Shown here piece after piece: positions 32,626-49,711 of a stretch of DNA of 64,000 bases. Every line of letters starts with the position of its first letter. Position 1 is the first letter of the stretch. The stretch is taken from NCBI RefSeq assembly GCF_036507355.1, contig NZ_AP027877.1; one strand, written 5' to 3'. The translations under genes were made by a program, and so were the position numbers. The notes under the pieces are model-generated. The model saw nothing but the letters and a program-made list of their open reading frames with translations. It ran no database searches and was not told where the DNA came from. This stretch comes from Escherichia coli. GTDB lineage: Bacteria; Pseudomonadota; Gammaproteobacteria; Enterobacterales; Enterobacteriaceae.

Positions 32626-33174
32626 TTAAGAACGTTTTTCCGGAATACGGCACAGCCCCTGAGCGGGAATGTCCATGGCAGAATTAAAACGGGCTGACAG
32701 ATTTTGCAGGCCGATCAATGCCGTCAGTTCGGTGAGCGCCTGAGCGTCAAAATGCGCAGCCAGTCGGGTGCGCAGGGCATCATCGACCGTTGGCGGTGTG
32801 ACGCTTGCGGCTTCGGCGTACTCCAGCGCCAGCCGTTCTTCATCGCTGAAGAGCGGGCTTTGCCGCCAGTCAGCCACTGCCAGCAGTTTATCGCTGCTGC
32901 CGGTACGCTCGGCGACTTTCATACTGGTGATATCCACACAAAACTCACACAGGCACATTTGCGCAATGCGCGCGCTGACAAGCGATCGTACTACCGGATC
33001 GAGCGGTGAGCGTTTGCGCTCCAGCCAGCCAACAAACATCGACACCAGATAAAAGATAAACGGGATCCGCCCCCACCAGCGAATGGGGCTTAGCACCTCG
33101 CCGTAATGGCGACGATGCAGCCACGCCTGCGGACGTAAAATGAAAGGAATTTTGCTAAGCGGTGGTAAACCCAT
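32626..33174 (-). CDS. ynjA: AhpD-like (carboxymuconolactone decarboxylase family) protein YnjA
   Basis: 182 aa; CxxC-containing AhpD-like core; start shares one base with the ydjZ stop (TGATG). Confidence 0.85.
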   Translation of the reverse strand: MGLPPLSKIPFILRPQAWLHRRHYGEVLSPIRWWGRIPFIFYLVSMFVGWLERKRSPLDPVVRSLVSARIAQMCLCEFCVDITSMKVAERTGSSDKLLAVADWRQSPLFSDEERLALEYAEAASVTPPTVDDALRTRLAAHFDAQALTELTALIGLQNLSARFNSAMDIPAQGLCRIPEKRS

Positions 33175-33881
33175 CAGGCATTCCTCTTCTGGCGCTCAAG
33201 CCATATTTTCTTCGCCATAAAAATCACCACGGTCAGGGCAAACAGAATAAACAGTCCGGTGACAAACCAAAAGGTACCGCCTGTTAACATGCTGCCCGCC
33301 CAGGAATAAACAATAGTCGCCGGTAACTGACCAAGCCCGGTGGCGATAAAAAACGAGCGAAAACGGATTGAAGTCAGACCGGCAGCATAGCTGATTGGAT
33401 CGAAAGGGACAAAAGGCAATAACCGACAGACCAGGATGGTGTGTTTGCCGTAGCGAGTGAAAAAGCCGTCCATACTGTCAAGTACTGTTTTGCCGGTTAA
33501 TTTTTCCACCACTTCGCGGCCCATCACTCTGGCGATAAAAAAGCACAGCGCCGCGCCGGCCATCGAACTGGTCCACGACAGCAAGCCGCCCCAGAGCGCG
33601 CCAAACAGCGACGCATTGGCAAAGGTGATCAAAAACGCAGGTAGCGGTGCAGCAATGGCCTGTAAAATCATCAACAAGAACGAGACAACTGCCGCCAGTG
33701 CGCCGTAAGACTGAATAAAGCGTTCTATACCCTGTTGGTCCACGGCGGCAAACGCCGCAACGCTGCGATTGATAAACTCATGGACGCCGGGAAGTAGCGC
33801 CCATGCCAGCAGCATAGCGAACAACAGGATGATGAGGGTTATACGGTAGTACCAGATTTTTCGCGATTGCATCTTCATCAT
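33174..33881 (-). CDS. ydjZ: DedA/TVP38-family inner-membrane protein YdjZ
   Basis: 235 aa polytopic membrane protein of the DedA/SNARE-associated family. Confidence 0.88.
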   Translation of the reverse strand: MMKMQSRKIWYYRITLIILLFAMLLAWALLPGVHEFINRSVAAFAAVDQQGIERFIQSYGALAAVVSFLLMILQAIAAPLPAFLITFANASLFGALWGGLLSWTSSMAGAALCFFIARVMGREVVEKLTGKTVLDSMDGFFTRYGKHTILVCRLLPFVPFDPISYAAGLTSIRFRSFFIATGLGQLPATIVYSWAGSMLTGGTFWFVTGLFILFALTVVIFMAKKIWLERQKRNA

Positions 33882-33895
33882 CCTTTATCCTGGCT

Positions 33896-34573
33896 TTATT
33901 CGGTGATTTTAAAGGTAACCGTTGCCAGCGTGTTATCCGCCGGGAGAACCGAGGCATTGCCTTTGAATTTAACTTCACCTCGTTTTTCAACCGCACCATA
34001 AGTGTATGTTGCATTGCTGACGATGCCGACCGGGCAGCTATCCAGACACACCAGGCAGCCCGTTTTCTTCTCTTCTGCTGCCGTTAAATTACCGCCAAAG
34101 CGCATGTCCAGTTTCTTGCCATTACTGTCAACAATCACTTCATCGAAGGAATACGCTTTTGCCGCCCCTTGCCAGTTGACCGAAATATCCAGTTTGCTGC
34201 CTGTGACATGAGTCGTTTCTTTATTATCCATCGTCATGTTTTCGCCCGGTGTACCACCTGCCTCTTTCAGGGCTTCATAAAATGCTTTCGGGGTCGCATA
34301 ACCCATAAACAGCGATTTATGTCCGTTGGAGCCATCTTTAAACACAATACCGTGACGAGTGTCGTCGGTGAGGAAACGACCATTAATTTGCACCAGCATG
34401 GTTACCGTATGGTTATTGGCATCGACGCGCAGCGGTTGGCTGTTCGAAAGTCCGTCGTATTCCACTTTTGCCGCCGCATTCTCTTTTTGATCGCAGCCGC
34501 TAAGCCCAGCAACAGCCAGTAAGCAGAGTGCAGTCAGTCCTTTTTTCCATGACACTGAATAATGTTGCAACAT
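33896..34573 (-). CDS. ydjY: Lipoprotein YdjY
   Basis: 225 aa from ATG 34573 with AAGGA Shine-Dalgarno; lipobox LSGC after the signal peptide; the ORF-track upstream extension is rejected because it overlaps ydjX. Confidence 0.85.
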   Translation of the reverse strand: MLQHYSVSWKKGLTALCLLAVAGLSGCDQKENAAAKVEYDGLSNSQPLRVDANNHTVTMLVQINGRFLTDDTRHGIVFKDGSNGHKSLFMGYATPKAFYEALKEAGGTPGENMTMDNKETTHVTGSKLDISVNWQGAAKAYSFDEVIVDSNGKKLDMRFGGNLTAAEEKKTGCLVCLDSCPVGIVSNATYTYGAVEKRGEVKFKGNASVLPADNTLATVTFKITE

Positions 34574-34577
34574 CGTT

Positions 34578-35288
34578 CTATCCTTCATTTTTTGGGTGAG
34601 TAAGTGGGTTGCGGCGCGAAGCAGACAGATCCACATGTTTGTGTCGGGCGTAGAGTTTTGCGAGCTGGACGAGAATAAACAGCGCCAGGCCCGCCAGACA
34701 GAGTTGTAAAATAAAGCGCAGCGTAATGCCTTCATTGGCGAGATCGCTTGCCATCACGGTATAAATAACAATACCGGGCAGGGTCGTGAGTGCCGAAATA
34801 AGGGTATAAGGCCAGAAGGCGATTGTGGTTAATCCGTAAGCGTAATTTTGAATATTGTAAGGAAACAACGGGATTAAGCGGGTCAGAATAAGAAAATCAA
34901 TACCGTTACGCGCAATGCCTTTTTCAATGGCCTGAAAGGTATGGCTATGGCCAACGTATTTCAGCAGTAAATCACGTCCCAGCCAGCGCGCCAGCAGGAA
35001 TGAGCACGAGGAGGCCAGCGTTGCGGCAATTAATGAGAGTAGTGTCCCTAAGAGCAGGCCAAAAACTATTCCTCCCGCGATCACCAGTATGCTTCCTGGT
35101 AACAGAAAGAGGGTGGCAATGATGAATAACAGAATATAGAGGCTATAACCGAACAATCCGCTCTGGCGGATGAGTGTCTGTAAGTGGGGTAAATCGGTGA
35201 GCAGATCGAATAAACCGAAAGCGTGGATAGCGTAAATGACCAGCGCAAAAATAAGACAGGCAAACAGAAATTTACGCTCAGCGTTCAT
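34578..35288 (-). CDS. ydjX: DedA/TVP38-family inner-membrane protein YdjX
   Basis: 236 aa from ATG 35288 (MNAERKFLFACLIFALVIYA); paralogue of ydjZ. Confidence 0.88.
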   Translation of the reverse strand: MNAERKFLFACLIFALVIYAIHAFGLFDLLTDLPHLQTLIRQSGLFGYSLYILLFIIATLFLLPGSILVIAGGIVFGLLLGTLLSLIAATLASSCSFLLARWLGRDLLLKYVGHSHTFQAIEKGIARNGIDFLILTRLIPLFPYNIQNYAYGLTTIAFWPYTLISALTTLPGIVIYTVMASDLANEGITLRFILQLCLAGLALFILVQLAKLYARHKHVDLSASRRNPLTHPKNEG

Positions 35289-35454
35289 CGTGGAGTTTCC
35301 TATATCAAACTTGATAATAGAGAAGTGGTCAGACAACTAAAAACGCAGTGACGGTATAACAAAGGACGGCAGGCAACAAATCATTACTGACAGTTTGTTG
35401 ATTTTTCTCAAGGTTAATTCTCCTGGCCCAGTTTGAGCCAGGAGAGCTGCTAAA

Positions 35455-36261
35455 TTAGCGGCGGAAGGTCGCCCAGACGGGGGCGTGATCGGACGGTTTT
35501 TCCATGCTGCGAATTTCATAGTCGATGCCGGTTTCTACGCAACATTCTGCCAGCGGTTGGCTGGCGAGCAGCAGGTCGATGCGCAGACCGCGGTTATCGT
35601 CAAAACCTTTTGAGCGGTAATCAAACCATGAGAAACGATCTGCTGTTTGCGGATTCGCATGGCGGAAGGTATCGACCAATCCCCAGCTCATCAGTCTCTC
35701 CATCCATTCGCGTTCCTCCGGAAGGAAAGAACATTTTCCGGTACGCAGCCAGCGCTTACGGTTCTCTTCGCCAATGCCAATATCCAGGTCGCCAGGACTG
35801 ATATTCATATCGCCCATAATCAGCACCGGATTTTCACGCTTGAGTTCGGTTTCCAAATAATTTTGCAGGTTCTGATAAAACTGCGCCTTCGCCGGGAATT
35901 TTATCGGATGGTCGCGGCTTTCACCCTGCGGAAAGTAACCGTTGATCACGGTGACATTGCCCAGCGGCGAGGGGATTTCCGCCATAATAATCCGCCGTTG
36001 CGCCTCTTCGTCGTCACCGGGAAAGCCGCGACGCACGGCAATCGGCGTCTCTTTGGTCAGCAGTGCCACGCCATAATGGCCTTTCTGCCCGTGATAAAAC
36101 ACGTTGTAGCCGAGCTTCGCCACCTCTTCGAGCGGAAACATATCGTCATGAACTTTTGTCTCCTGCAGGCCAATCACATCCGGTTGGTGCTTTTCGACGA
36201 TGGCTTCAAGCTGGTGGGGCCTGGCGCGCAGGCCGTTGATATTAAAAGAGACAAATTTCAT
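35455..36261 (-). CDS. xthA: Exodeoxyribonuclease III
   Basis: 268 aa from ATG 36261 ([36 protein letters not shown]). Confidence 0.96.
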   Translation of the reverse strand: MKFVSFNINGLRARPHQLEAIVEKHQPDVIGLQETKVHDDMFPLEEVAKLGYNVFYHGQKGHYGVALLTKETPIAVRRGFPGDDEEAQRRIIMAEIPSPLGNVTVINGYFPQGESRDHPIKFPAKAQFYQNLQNYLETELKRENPVLIMGDMNISPGDLDIGIGEENRKRWLRTGKCSFLPEEREWMERLMSWGLVDTFRHANPQTADRFSWFDYRSKGFDDNRGLRIDLLLASQPLAECCVETGIDYEIRSMEKPSDHAPVWATFRR

Positions 36262-36618
36262 AGTCGCTGCCATTTATTCAGATAAAGAGTGCGTGGATGG
36301 TAGCAGAATTTCGCTTTGCTTACCGCCTGTTGTTAAGTGATTTGATCGATGGTTGTTAATGATGTCAACGATGGCGCAAAAAATGCCCGCTTTTGGTGCG
36401 AGCTGCGTCAGAATGGCGCAGTAATTTCCAGTAAATTTCGTCAATGATCACAATTCCAGAATTATATTTTACTTCTGCATAACATTGCGTTTTTTATTCT
36501 TTTTATTCACCCACATCGCAAACGTATTCACTTAATATGCACTTTAAATGCATATGGTTTGGTTATAACTCCTTGATTTCCAGTTAGCCTCCGCGGTTTA
36601 TGCACTTTTATCACTGGC

Positions 36619-36634
36619 TGGCACGAACCCTGCA
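36619..36634 (+). promoter_or_regulatory. Sigma54 (-24/-12) promoter of the ast operon
   Basis: TGGCAC-GAACC-CTGCA matches the sigma54 consensus TGGCAC-N5-TTGCW; lies about 75 bp upstream of the astC ATG. Confidence 0.8.
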
Positions 36635-36670
36635 ATCTACATTTACAGCGCAAACATTACTTATTATTAA

Positions 36671-42734
<6,064 letters not shown>

Positions 42735-42978
42735 TACTTACCCGCAGAAATCATTCTGCGGGTATTAAGTTGCTTTCTTATAAATTAATACAGATTAATC
42801 CTGGTTATTTGCTTTATTTATCACCAGTCATCCGGTATAGTTCTTCATAATCTCTGCAAAATCATCGTGTTGTAATATTCTCTCATCACTTTCCATCAAA
42901 TTTTCTTTTTTTCTCCATAATTGGCGCAAAAGTGTTTTTTACACTTTCATTGTTTTACCGTTGCTCTGATTAATTGAC

Positions 42979-42994
42979 GCTAAAGTCAGTAAAG
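42979..42994 (+). promoter_or_regulatory. Possible CpxR-type direct repeat upstream of spy
   Basis: GCTAAAGTCAGTAAAG resembles the GTAAA-N5-GTAAA repeat but the spacing is off by one; about 70-85 bp upstream of the spy ATG. Confidence 0.35.
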
Positions 42995-43063
42995 TTAATC
43001 TCGTCAACACGGCACGCTACTTAAGAAAGCCGTAATAAATAACTGAAAGGAAGGATATAGAAT

Positions 43064-43549
43064 ATGCGTAAATTAACTGCACTGTTTGTTGCCTCTACCC
43101 TGGCTCTTGGCGCGGCTAACCTGGCCCATGCCGCAGACACCACTACCGCAGCACCGGCTGACGCGAAGCCGATGATGCACCACAAAGGCAAGTTCGGTCC
43201 GCATCAGGACATGATGTTCAAAGACCTGAACCTGACCGACGCGCAGAAACAGCAGATCCGCGAAATCATGAAAGGCCAGCGTGACCAGATGAAACGTCCG
43301 CCGCTGGAAGAACGCCGCGCAATGCATGACATCATTGCCAGCGATACTTTCGATAAAGCAAAAGCTGAAGCGCAGATCGAAAAAATGGAAGAGCAGCGCA
43401 AAGCTAACATGCTGGCGCACATGGAAACCCAGAACAAAATTTACAACATCCTGACGCCGGAACAGAAAAAGCAATTTAATGCTAATTTTGAGAAGCGTCT
43501 GACAGAACGTCCAGCGGCAAAAGGTAAAATGCCTGCAACTGCTGAATAA
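43064..43549 (+). CDS. spy: Periplasmic ATP-independent chaperone Spy
   Basis: 161 aa; signal peptide MRKLTALFVASTLALGAANLAHA; helical, charged mature protein. Confidence 0.95.
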   Translation: MRKLTALFVASTLALGAANLAHAADTTTAAPADAKPMMHHKGKFGPHQDMMFKDLNLTDAQKQQIREIMKGQRDQMKRPPLEERRAMHDIIASDTFDKAKAEAQIEKMEEQRKANMLAHMETQNKIYNILTPEQKKQFNANFEKRLTERPAAKGKMPATAE

Positions 43550-43571
43550 TCTTTCAGCCAAAAAACTTAAG

Positions 43572-43635
43572 ACCGCCGGTCTTGTCCACTACCTTGCAGT
43601 AATGCGGTGGACAGGATCGGCGGTTTTCTTTTCTC
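43572..43635 (+). terminator. Probable spy terminator (long imperfect hairpin plus T-rich tract)
   Basis: ACCGCCGGTCTTGTCCAC ... GTGGACAGGATCGGCGGT 18 bp imperfect inverted repeat followed by TTTTCTTTTCTCTTC. Confidence 0.65.
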
Positions 43636-43673
43636 TTCTCAAACAGTTGTAAAAAAAGCCTGATCACCACTAA

Positions 43674-45174
<1,501 letters not shown>

Positions 45175-45187
45175 TGTTAACTCCGAA

Positions 45188-45207
45188 TGCTGGTTATCTA
45201 TCCAGTG
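45188..45207 (-). promoter_or_regulatory. LexA (SOS) box upstream of cho
   Basis: Minus-strand CACTGGATAGATAACCAGCA shows CTG-N10-CAG with an AT-rich centre; 15-30 bp upstream of the cho start. Confidence 0.7.
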
Positions 45208-45269
45208 TAACAGGCGGGAAGCGATTAAAAAAGAGGCGGGTCGATGACAAAGGTTACACCGTCTGACGT

Positions 45270-45366
45270 GCTACGCTTGTCAGGCCTATTCGACTCCTGC
45301 AATGTATTGAATTTGCATAGTTTTGTAGGTCGAATAAGGCGTTCACGCCGCATCCGGCGTGAACAA
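45270..45366. repeat. REP/BIME element between cho and nadE
   Basis: GTAGGTCGAATAAGGCGTTCACGCCGCATCCGGC is a canonical REP unit, with a second partial unit upstream. Confidence 0.85.
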
Positions 45367-45403
45367 ATTACTCTTTTTCGCACAATCCAATATGTGCAAA
45401 TTA

Positions 45404-46231
45404 TTACTTTTTCCAGAAATCATCGAAAACGGTAATTGGCGGACGGCGTTTATGTTCGGTTTTCAGATACCAGTTCTCTATTGTTCTGGCGACCTGTTCA
45501 GGTACGTTTTTCCCTTCCAGATAGTCGTCGATATTGTCATAGGTCACGCCGAGTGCCACTTCATCTGGCAGAGAAGGGCGATCATCTTCCAGATCGGCCG
45601 TTGGCGCTTTCTTATAAAGGTGTTCCGGGCAACCTAATGCCGCCAGTAACTGTTTACCCTGACGTTTGTTGAGACGATACAGCGGATTAATGTCCGTACC
45701 GCCGTCACCATATTTAGTGAAGAATCCGGTAATGGCTTCTGCTGCATGATCGGTGCCCACCACGACACCGCTGGTCATACCCGCAATGCTATATTGTGCT
45801 TTCATCCGCTCACGCGCTTTTTCATTGCCACGGACAAAATCGCTCAGTTCAATGCCTGCTTCCCGCAATGCCTGCTCGCTAGCCAATACCGCGCCCTTGA
45901 TATTAACGGTTAATACGCGATCCGGTTGAATAAAGGCAATGGCATCCTGGCAATCTTGTTCGTCGGCCTGAACACCATAGGGCAGGCGTACGGCAATAAA
46001 TTGCAGTGATTCGTTGCCGGTTTCCTGGCGCAGCTCATTAATCGCCATCTGGCACAGCTTTCCGGCAAGCGTGGAGTCCTGACCGCCGCTGATCCCGAGC
46101 ACCAGTGATTTAATGAACGGATAAGTTCGCAGGTAGCTTTTCAGAAAATCGATACTACGACGAATTTCCTCTTCAGCATTAATCTGCGGTTTTGCGCCCA
46201 GCGCCTTTATTATTTGTTGTTGCAATGTCAT
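45404..46231 (-). CDS. nadE: NH3-dependent NAD+ synthetase
   Basis: 275 aa, [33 protein letters not shown]-loop SGGQDS. Confidence 0.96.
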   Translation of the reverse strand: MTLQQQIIKALGAKPQINAEEEIRRSIDFLKSYLRTYPFIKSLVLGISGGQDSTLAGKLCQMAINELRQETGNESLQFIAVRLPYGVQADEQDCQDAIAFIQPDRVLTVNIKGAVLASEQALREAGIELSDFVRGNEKARERMKAQYSIAGMTSGVVVGTDHAAEAITGFFTKYGDGGTDINPLYRLNKRQGKQLLAALGCPEHLYKKAPTADLEDDRPSLPDEVALGVTYDNIDDYLEGKNVPEQVARTIENWYLKTEHKRRPPITVFDDFWKK

Positions 46232-46432
46232 TGAACCCCTCCAGACAGAAAAGACAAAACTTCCTTAAAGCTAACCCGTTGCCACTGAAACGACAAGCGA
46301 CAGCGGGCTGAATGGTGGTTAAAACGTCATACAGGAATCCTCTGAAAGCGGAGCCGTTTCGTTCATGGGCTTGAAAAAGCGCCCAATGTATTCCAGGCTT
46401 ATCTAACACGCTGATAAACAAGAGGACGGAAT

Positions 46433-46771
46433 ATGAACAAGAATATGGCAGGAATTCTGAGTGCAGCGGCGGTATTAACCATGCTGGCGGGTTGTACGGC
46501 TTATGATCGTACCAAAGACCAGTTTGTACAGCCTGTGGTGAAAGACGTCAAAAAAGGCATGAGCCGGGCGCAGGTTGCACAAATTGCGGGTAAACCTTCG
46601 TCTGAAGTGAGCATGATCCATGCTCGTGGTACTTGCCAGACCTACATCCTGGGTCAACGTGATGGTAAAGCAGAAACCTACTTTGTCGCGTTAGATGATA
46701 CTGGACATGTCATCAACTCCGGTTATCAGACCTGTGCTGAATACGACACTGATCCACAGGCTGCGAAGTAA
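46433..46771 (+). CDS. osmE: Osmotically inducible lipoprotein OsmE
   Basis: 112 aa; lipobox LAGC after the signal peptide. Confidence 0.92.
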
Positions 46772-46802
46772 TCACTTCGTCTGAAAGCTTGAGTAACAAC
46801 GG

Positions 46803-46829
46803 AAACCGGCCATTGCGCCGGTTTTTTTT
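46803..46829 (+). terminator. Rho-independent terminator of osmE
   Basis: AAACCGGC-CATTGC-GCCGGTTT stem-loop followed by a T8 run. Confidence 0.85.
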
Positions 46830-47069
46830 GGTCTGAGTTCTTAATTATCTTCGCGAATTATTTGCCCGAAATGTGAAGAGGGTCATAACCGCAGGTCAAG
46901 GAGAGACAATTTATAAGGTCAAAGAAATACTATTGCTCAGGTCTATACCGTATACTCCTTTCAGCCACAAAAAAAGTCATGTTGGTTTCGCAAGTTACCC
47001 AGAGCATGGAAGCAGGTTAAGGCTTGCGGAGTGTCTGGCTGACAGATAATCGTCGATGAGGGCAGTTTT

Positions 47070-47390
47070 ATGGAAAAGAAACACATTTATCTGTTTTGTT
47101 CTGCGGGCATGTCTACCTCTTTACTGGTATCAAAAATGCGCGCACAGGCAGAAAAATATGAAGTTCCGGTCATTATTGAAGCATTTCCGGAAACACTGGC
47201 TGGTGAAAAAGGTCAGAATGCCGATGTCGTGTTATTAGGGCCGCAGATTGCTTATATGTTGCCCGAAATCCAGCGTTTGTTACCCAACAAACCGGTTGAA
47301 GTAATTGACTCGCTGCTTTATGGCAAAGTCGATGGTTTAGGCGTGCTTAAGGCTGCGGTTGCAGCGATTAAAAAAGCCGCAGCAAATTAA
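47070..47390 (+). CDS. chbB: PTS N,N'-diacetylchitobiose-specific EIIB component
   Basis: 106 aa, [29 protein letters not shown] with the phospho-acceptor Cys in CSAGMSTS. Confidence 0.95.
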   Translation: MEKKHIYLFCSAGMSTSLLVSKMRAQAEKYEVPVIIEAFPETLAGEKGQNADVVLLGPQIAYMLPEIQRLLPNKPVEVIDSLLYGKVDGLGVLKAAVAAIKKAAAN

Positions 47391-47475
47391 TTTATTTTAA
47401 ATTTTCCCGTCAAAGAGTTATTTCATAAATCAATACCGCAATATTTAAATTGCGGTTTTTAAGGGTATTTTTCTA

Positions 47476-47631
47476 TGAGTAATGTTATTGCATCGCTTGA
47501 AAAGGTACTCCTCCCTTTTGCAGTTAAAATAGGAAAGCAGCCACACGTTAATGCAATCAAAAATGGCTTTATTCGCTTAATGCCGTTAACCCTTGCGGGG
47601 GCCATGTTTGTATTAATTAACAACGTTTTTC
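47476..47631 (+). pseudogene. chbC: chbC 5' fragment (PTS chitobiose EIIC), truncated after about codon 52 by IS1
   Basis: ATG at 47476 translates [52 protein letters not shown], then runs straight into the IS1 left inverted repeat at 47632. Confidence 0.9.
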
Positions 47632-47686
47632 GGTGATGCTGCCAACTTACTGATTTAGTGTATGATGGTGTTTTTGAGGTGCTCCA

Positions 47687-47962
47687 GTGGCTTCTGTTTC
47701 TATCAGCTGTCCCTCCTGTTCAGCTACTGACGGGGTGGTGCGTAACGGCAAAAGCACCGCCGGACATCAGCGCTATCTCTGCTCTCACTGTCGTAAAACA
47801 TGGCAACTGCAGTTCACTTACACCGCTTCTCAACCCGGTACGCACCAGAAAATCATTGATATGGCCATGAATGGCGTTGGATGCCGGGCAACAGCCCGCA
47901 TTATGGGCGTTGGCCTCAACACGATTTTACGTCACTTAAAAAACTCAGGCCGCAGTCGGTAA
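47687..47962 (+). CDS. insA: IS1 InsA (transposition inhibitor; N-terminal part of the InsAB' transposase)
   Basis: 91 aa, [39 protein letters not shown], zinc finger plus helix-turn-helix. Confidence 0.97.
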
Positions 47963-48384
47963 CCTCGCGCATACAGCCGGGCAGTGACGTCATCGTCTGC
48001 GCGGAAATGGACGAACAGTGGGGCTATGTCGGGGCTAAATCGCGCCAGCGCTGGCTGTTTTACGCGTATGACAGGCTCCGGAAGACGGTTGTTGCGCACG
48101 TATTCGGTGAACGCACGATGGCGACGCTGGGGCGTCTTATGAGCCTGCTGTCACCCTTTGACGTGGTGATATGGATGACGGATGGCTGGCCGCTGTATGA
48201 ATCCCGCCTGAAGGGAAAGCTGCACGTAATCAGCAAGCGATATACGCAGCGAATTGAGCGGCATAACCTGAATCTGAGGCAGCACCTGGCACGGCTGGGA
48301 CGGAAGTCGCTGTCGTTCTCAAAATCGGTGGAGCTGCATGACAAAGTCATCGGGCATTATCTGAACATAAAACACTATCAATAA
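47881..48384 (+). CDS. insB: IS1 InsB frame (expressed as the InsAB' transposase by -1 frameshift at TTAAAAAACTC)
   Basis: 167 aa frame [16 protein letters not shown]...HYLNIKHYQ; slippery A6C site lies near the end of insA. Confidence 0.95.
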
Positions 48385-48399
48385 GTTGGAGTCATTACC

Positions 48400-48894
48400 C
48401 AGAAAGTCGAGAAACAACTTTTTGAGCTGTATAAAAACCCGGAGTTGAAAGTTAAGCCGAAAGAACTGGAACAGCGCGGTGGGGCTTATTACTCTGATGC
48501 AGCGTGCGAAGTGATCAACGCTATCTACAACGATAAGCAAGCAGAACATTACGTTAATATCCCGCATCATGGGCATATTGATAATATTCCGGCAGACTGG
48601 GCGGTAGAAATGACCTGTACGCTGGGGCGCGATGGCGCGACGCCACATCCGCGCATTACGCATTTCGATGATAAAGTGATGGGGCTGATTCACACCATTA
48701 AAGGCTTCGAGATTGCTGCCAGCAACGCCGCACTTAGCGGAGAATTTAACGATGTGTTACTGGCGCTAAACCTTAGTCCGTTGGTGCATTCCGATCGCGA
48801 TGCTGAGCTGCTGGCACGCGAGATGGTTCTGGCGCACGAGAAATGGCTGCCAAATTTTGCCGACTGCATCGCAGAGCTTAAAAAAGCACATTAA
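48400..48894 (+). pseudogene. chbF: chbF 3' fragment (family-4 6-phospho-beta-glucosidase), last ~165 codons only
   Basis: In-frame translation KVEKQLFELYKNPELKVKPKELEQRGGAYYSDAACEVINAIYNDKQAEHYVNIPHHGHID...AELKKAH starts directly at the IS1 right end; no start codon, promoter or N-terminal Rossmann domain is present. Confidence 0.88.
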
Positions 48895-49665
<771 letters not shown>

Positions 49666-49711
49666 GTAAGGTGGTAAGGTCACTCCCCAGGGGACGTGAC
49701 CTTATCCATAT

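Larger units (their letters stand above)
47632..48399 (+). mobile_element. Complete IS1 insertion sequence (768 bp)
   Basis: Left end GGTGATGCTGCCAACTTACTGAT, right end TTGGAGTCATTACC, with internal insA and insB frames and the A6C frameshift motif; flanking 9-mers ACGTTTTTC and CAGAAAGTC differ, so there is no target-site duplication. Confidence 0.97.

Noticed and set aside
35419-35445. Hairpin TCTCCTGGC-N9-GCCAGGAGA downstream of xthA as an intrinsic terminator
   Set aside because: A perfect 9 bp stem is present but no U-run follows on the xthA transcript strand, so I did not call a terminator; read-through into ydjX remains possible.
35647-36285. 212 aa plus-strand ORF
   Set aside because: Antisense to xthA.
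43073-43561. 162 aa minus-strand ORF
   Set aside because: Exact antisense shadow of spy.
47632-48399. Possibility that IS1 marks a larger composite transposon or resistance island
   Set aside because: Only one IS1 copy is in the window and both flanks are native chb operon sequence; no cargo genes present.
48445-48894. 149 aa ORF called as an independent gene
   Set aside because: It is the C-terminal remnant of chbF fused to the IS1 right end; the apparent start is a TTG internal to the original gene, so it is annotated as a pseudogene fragment.
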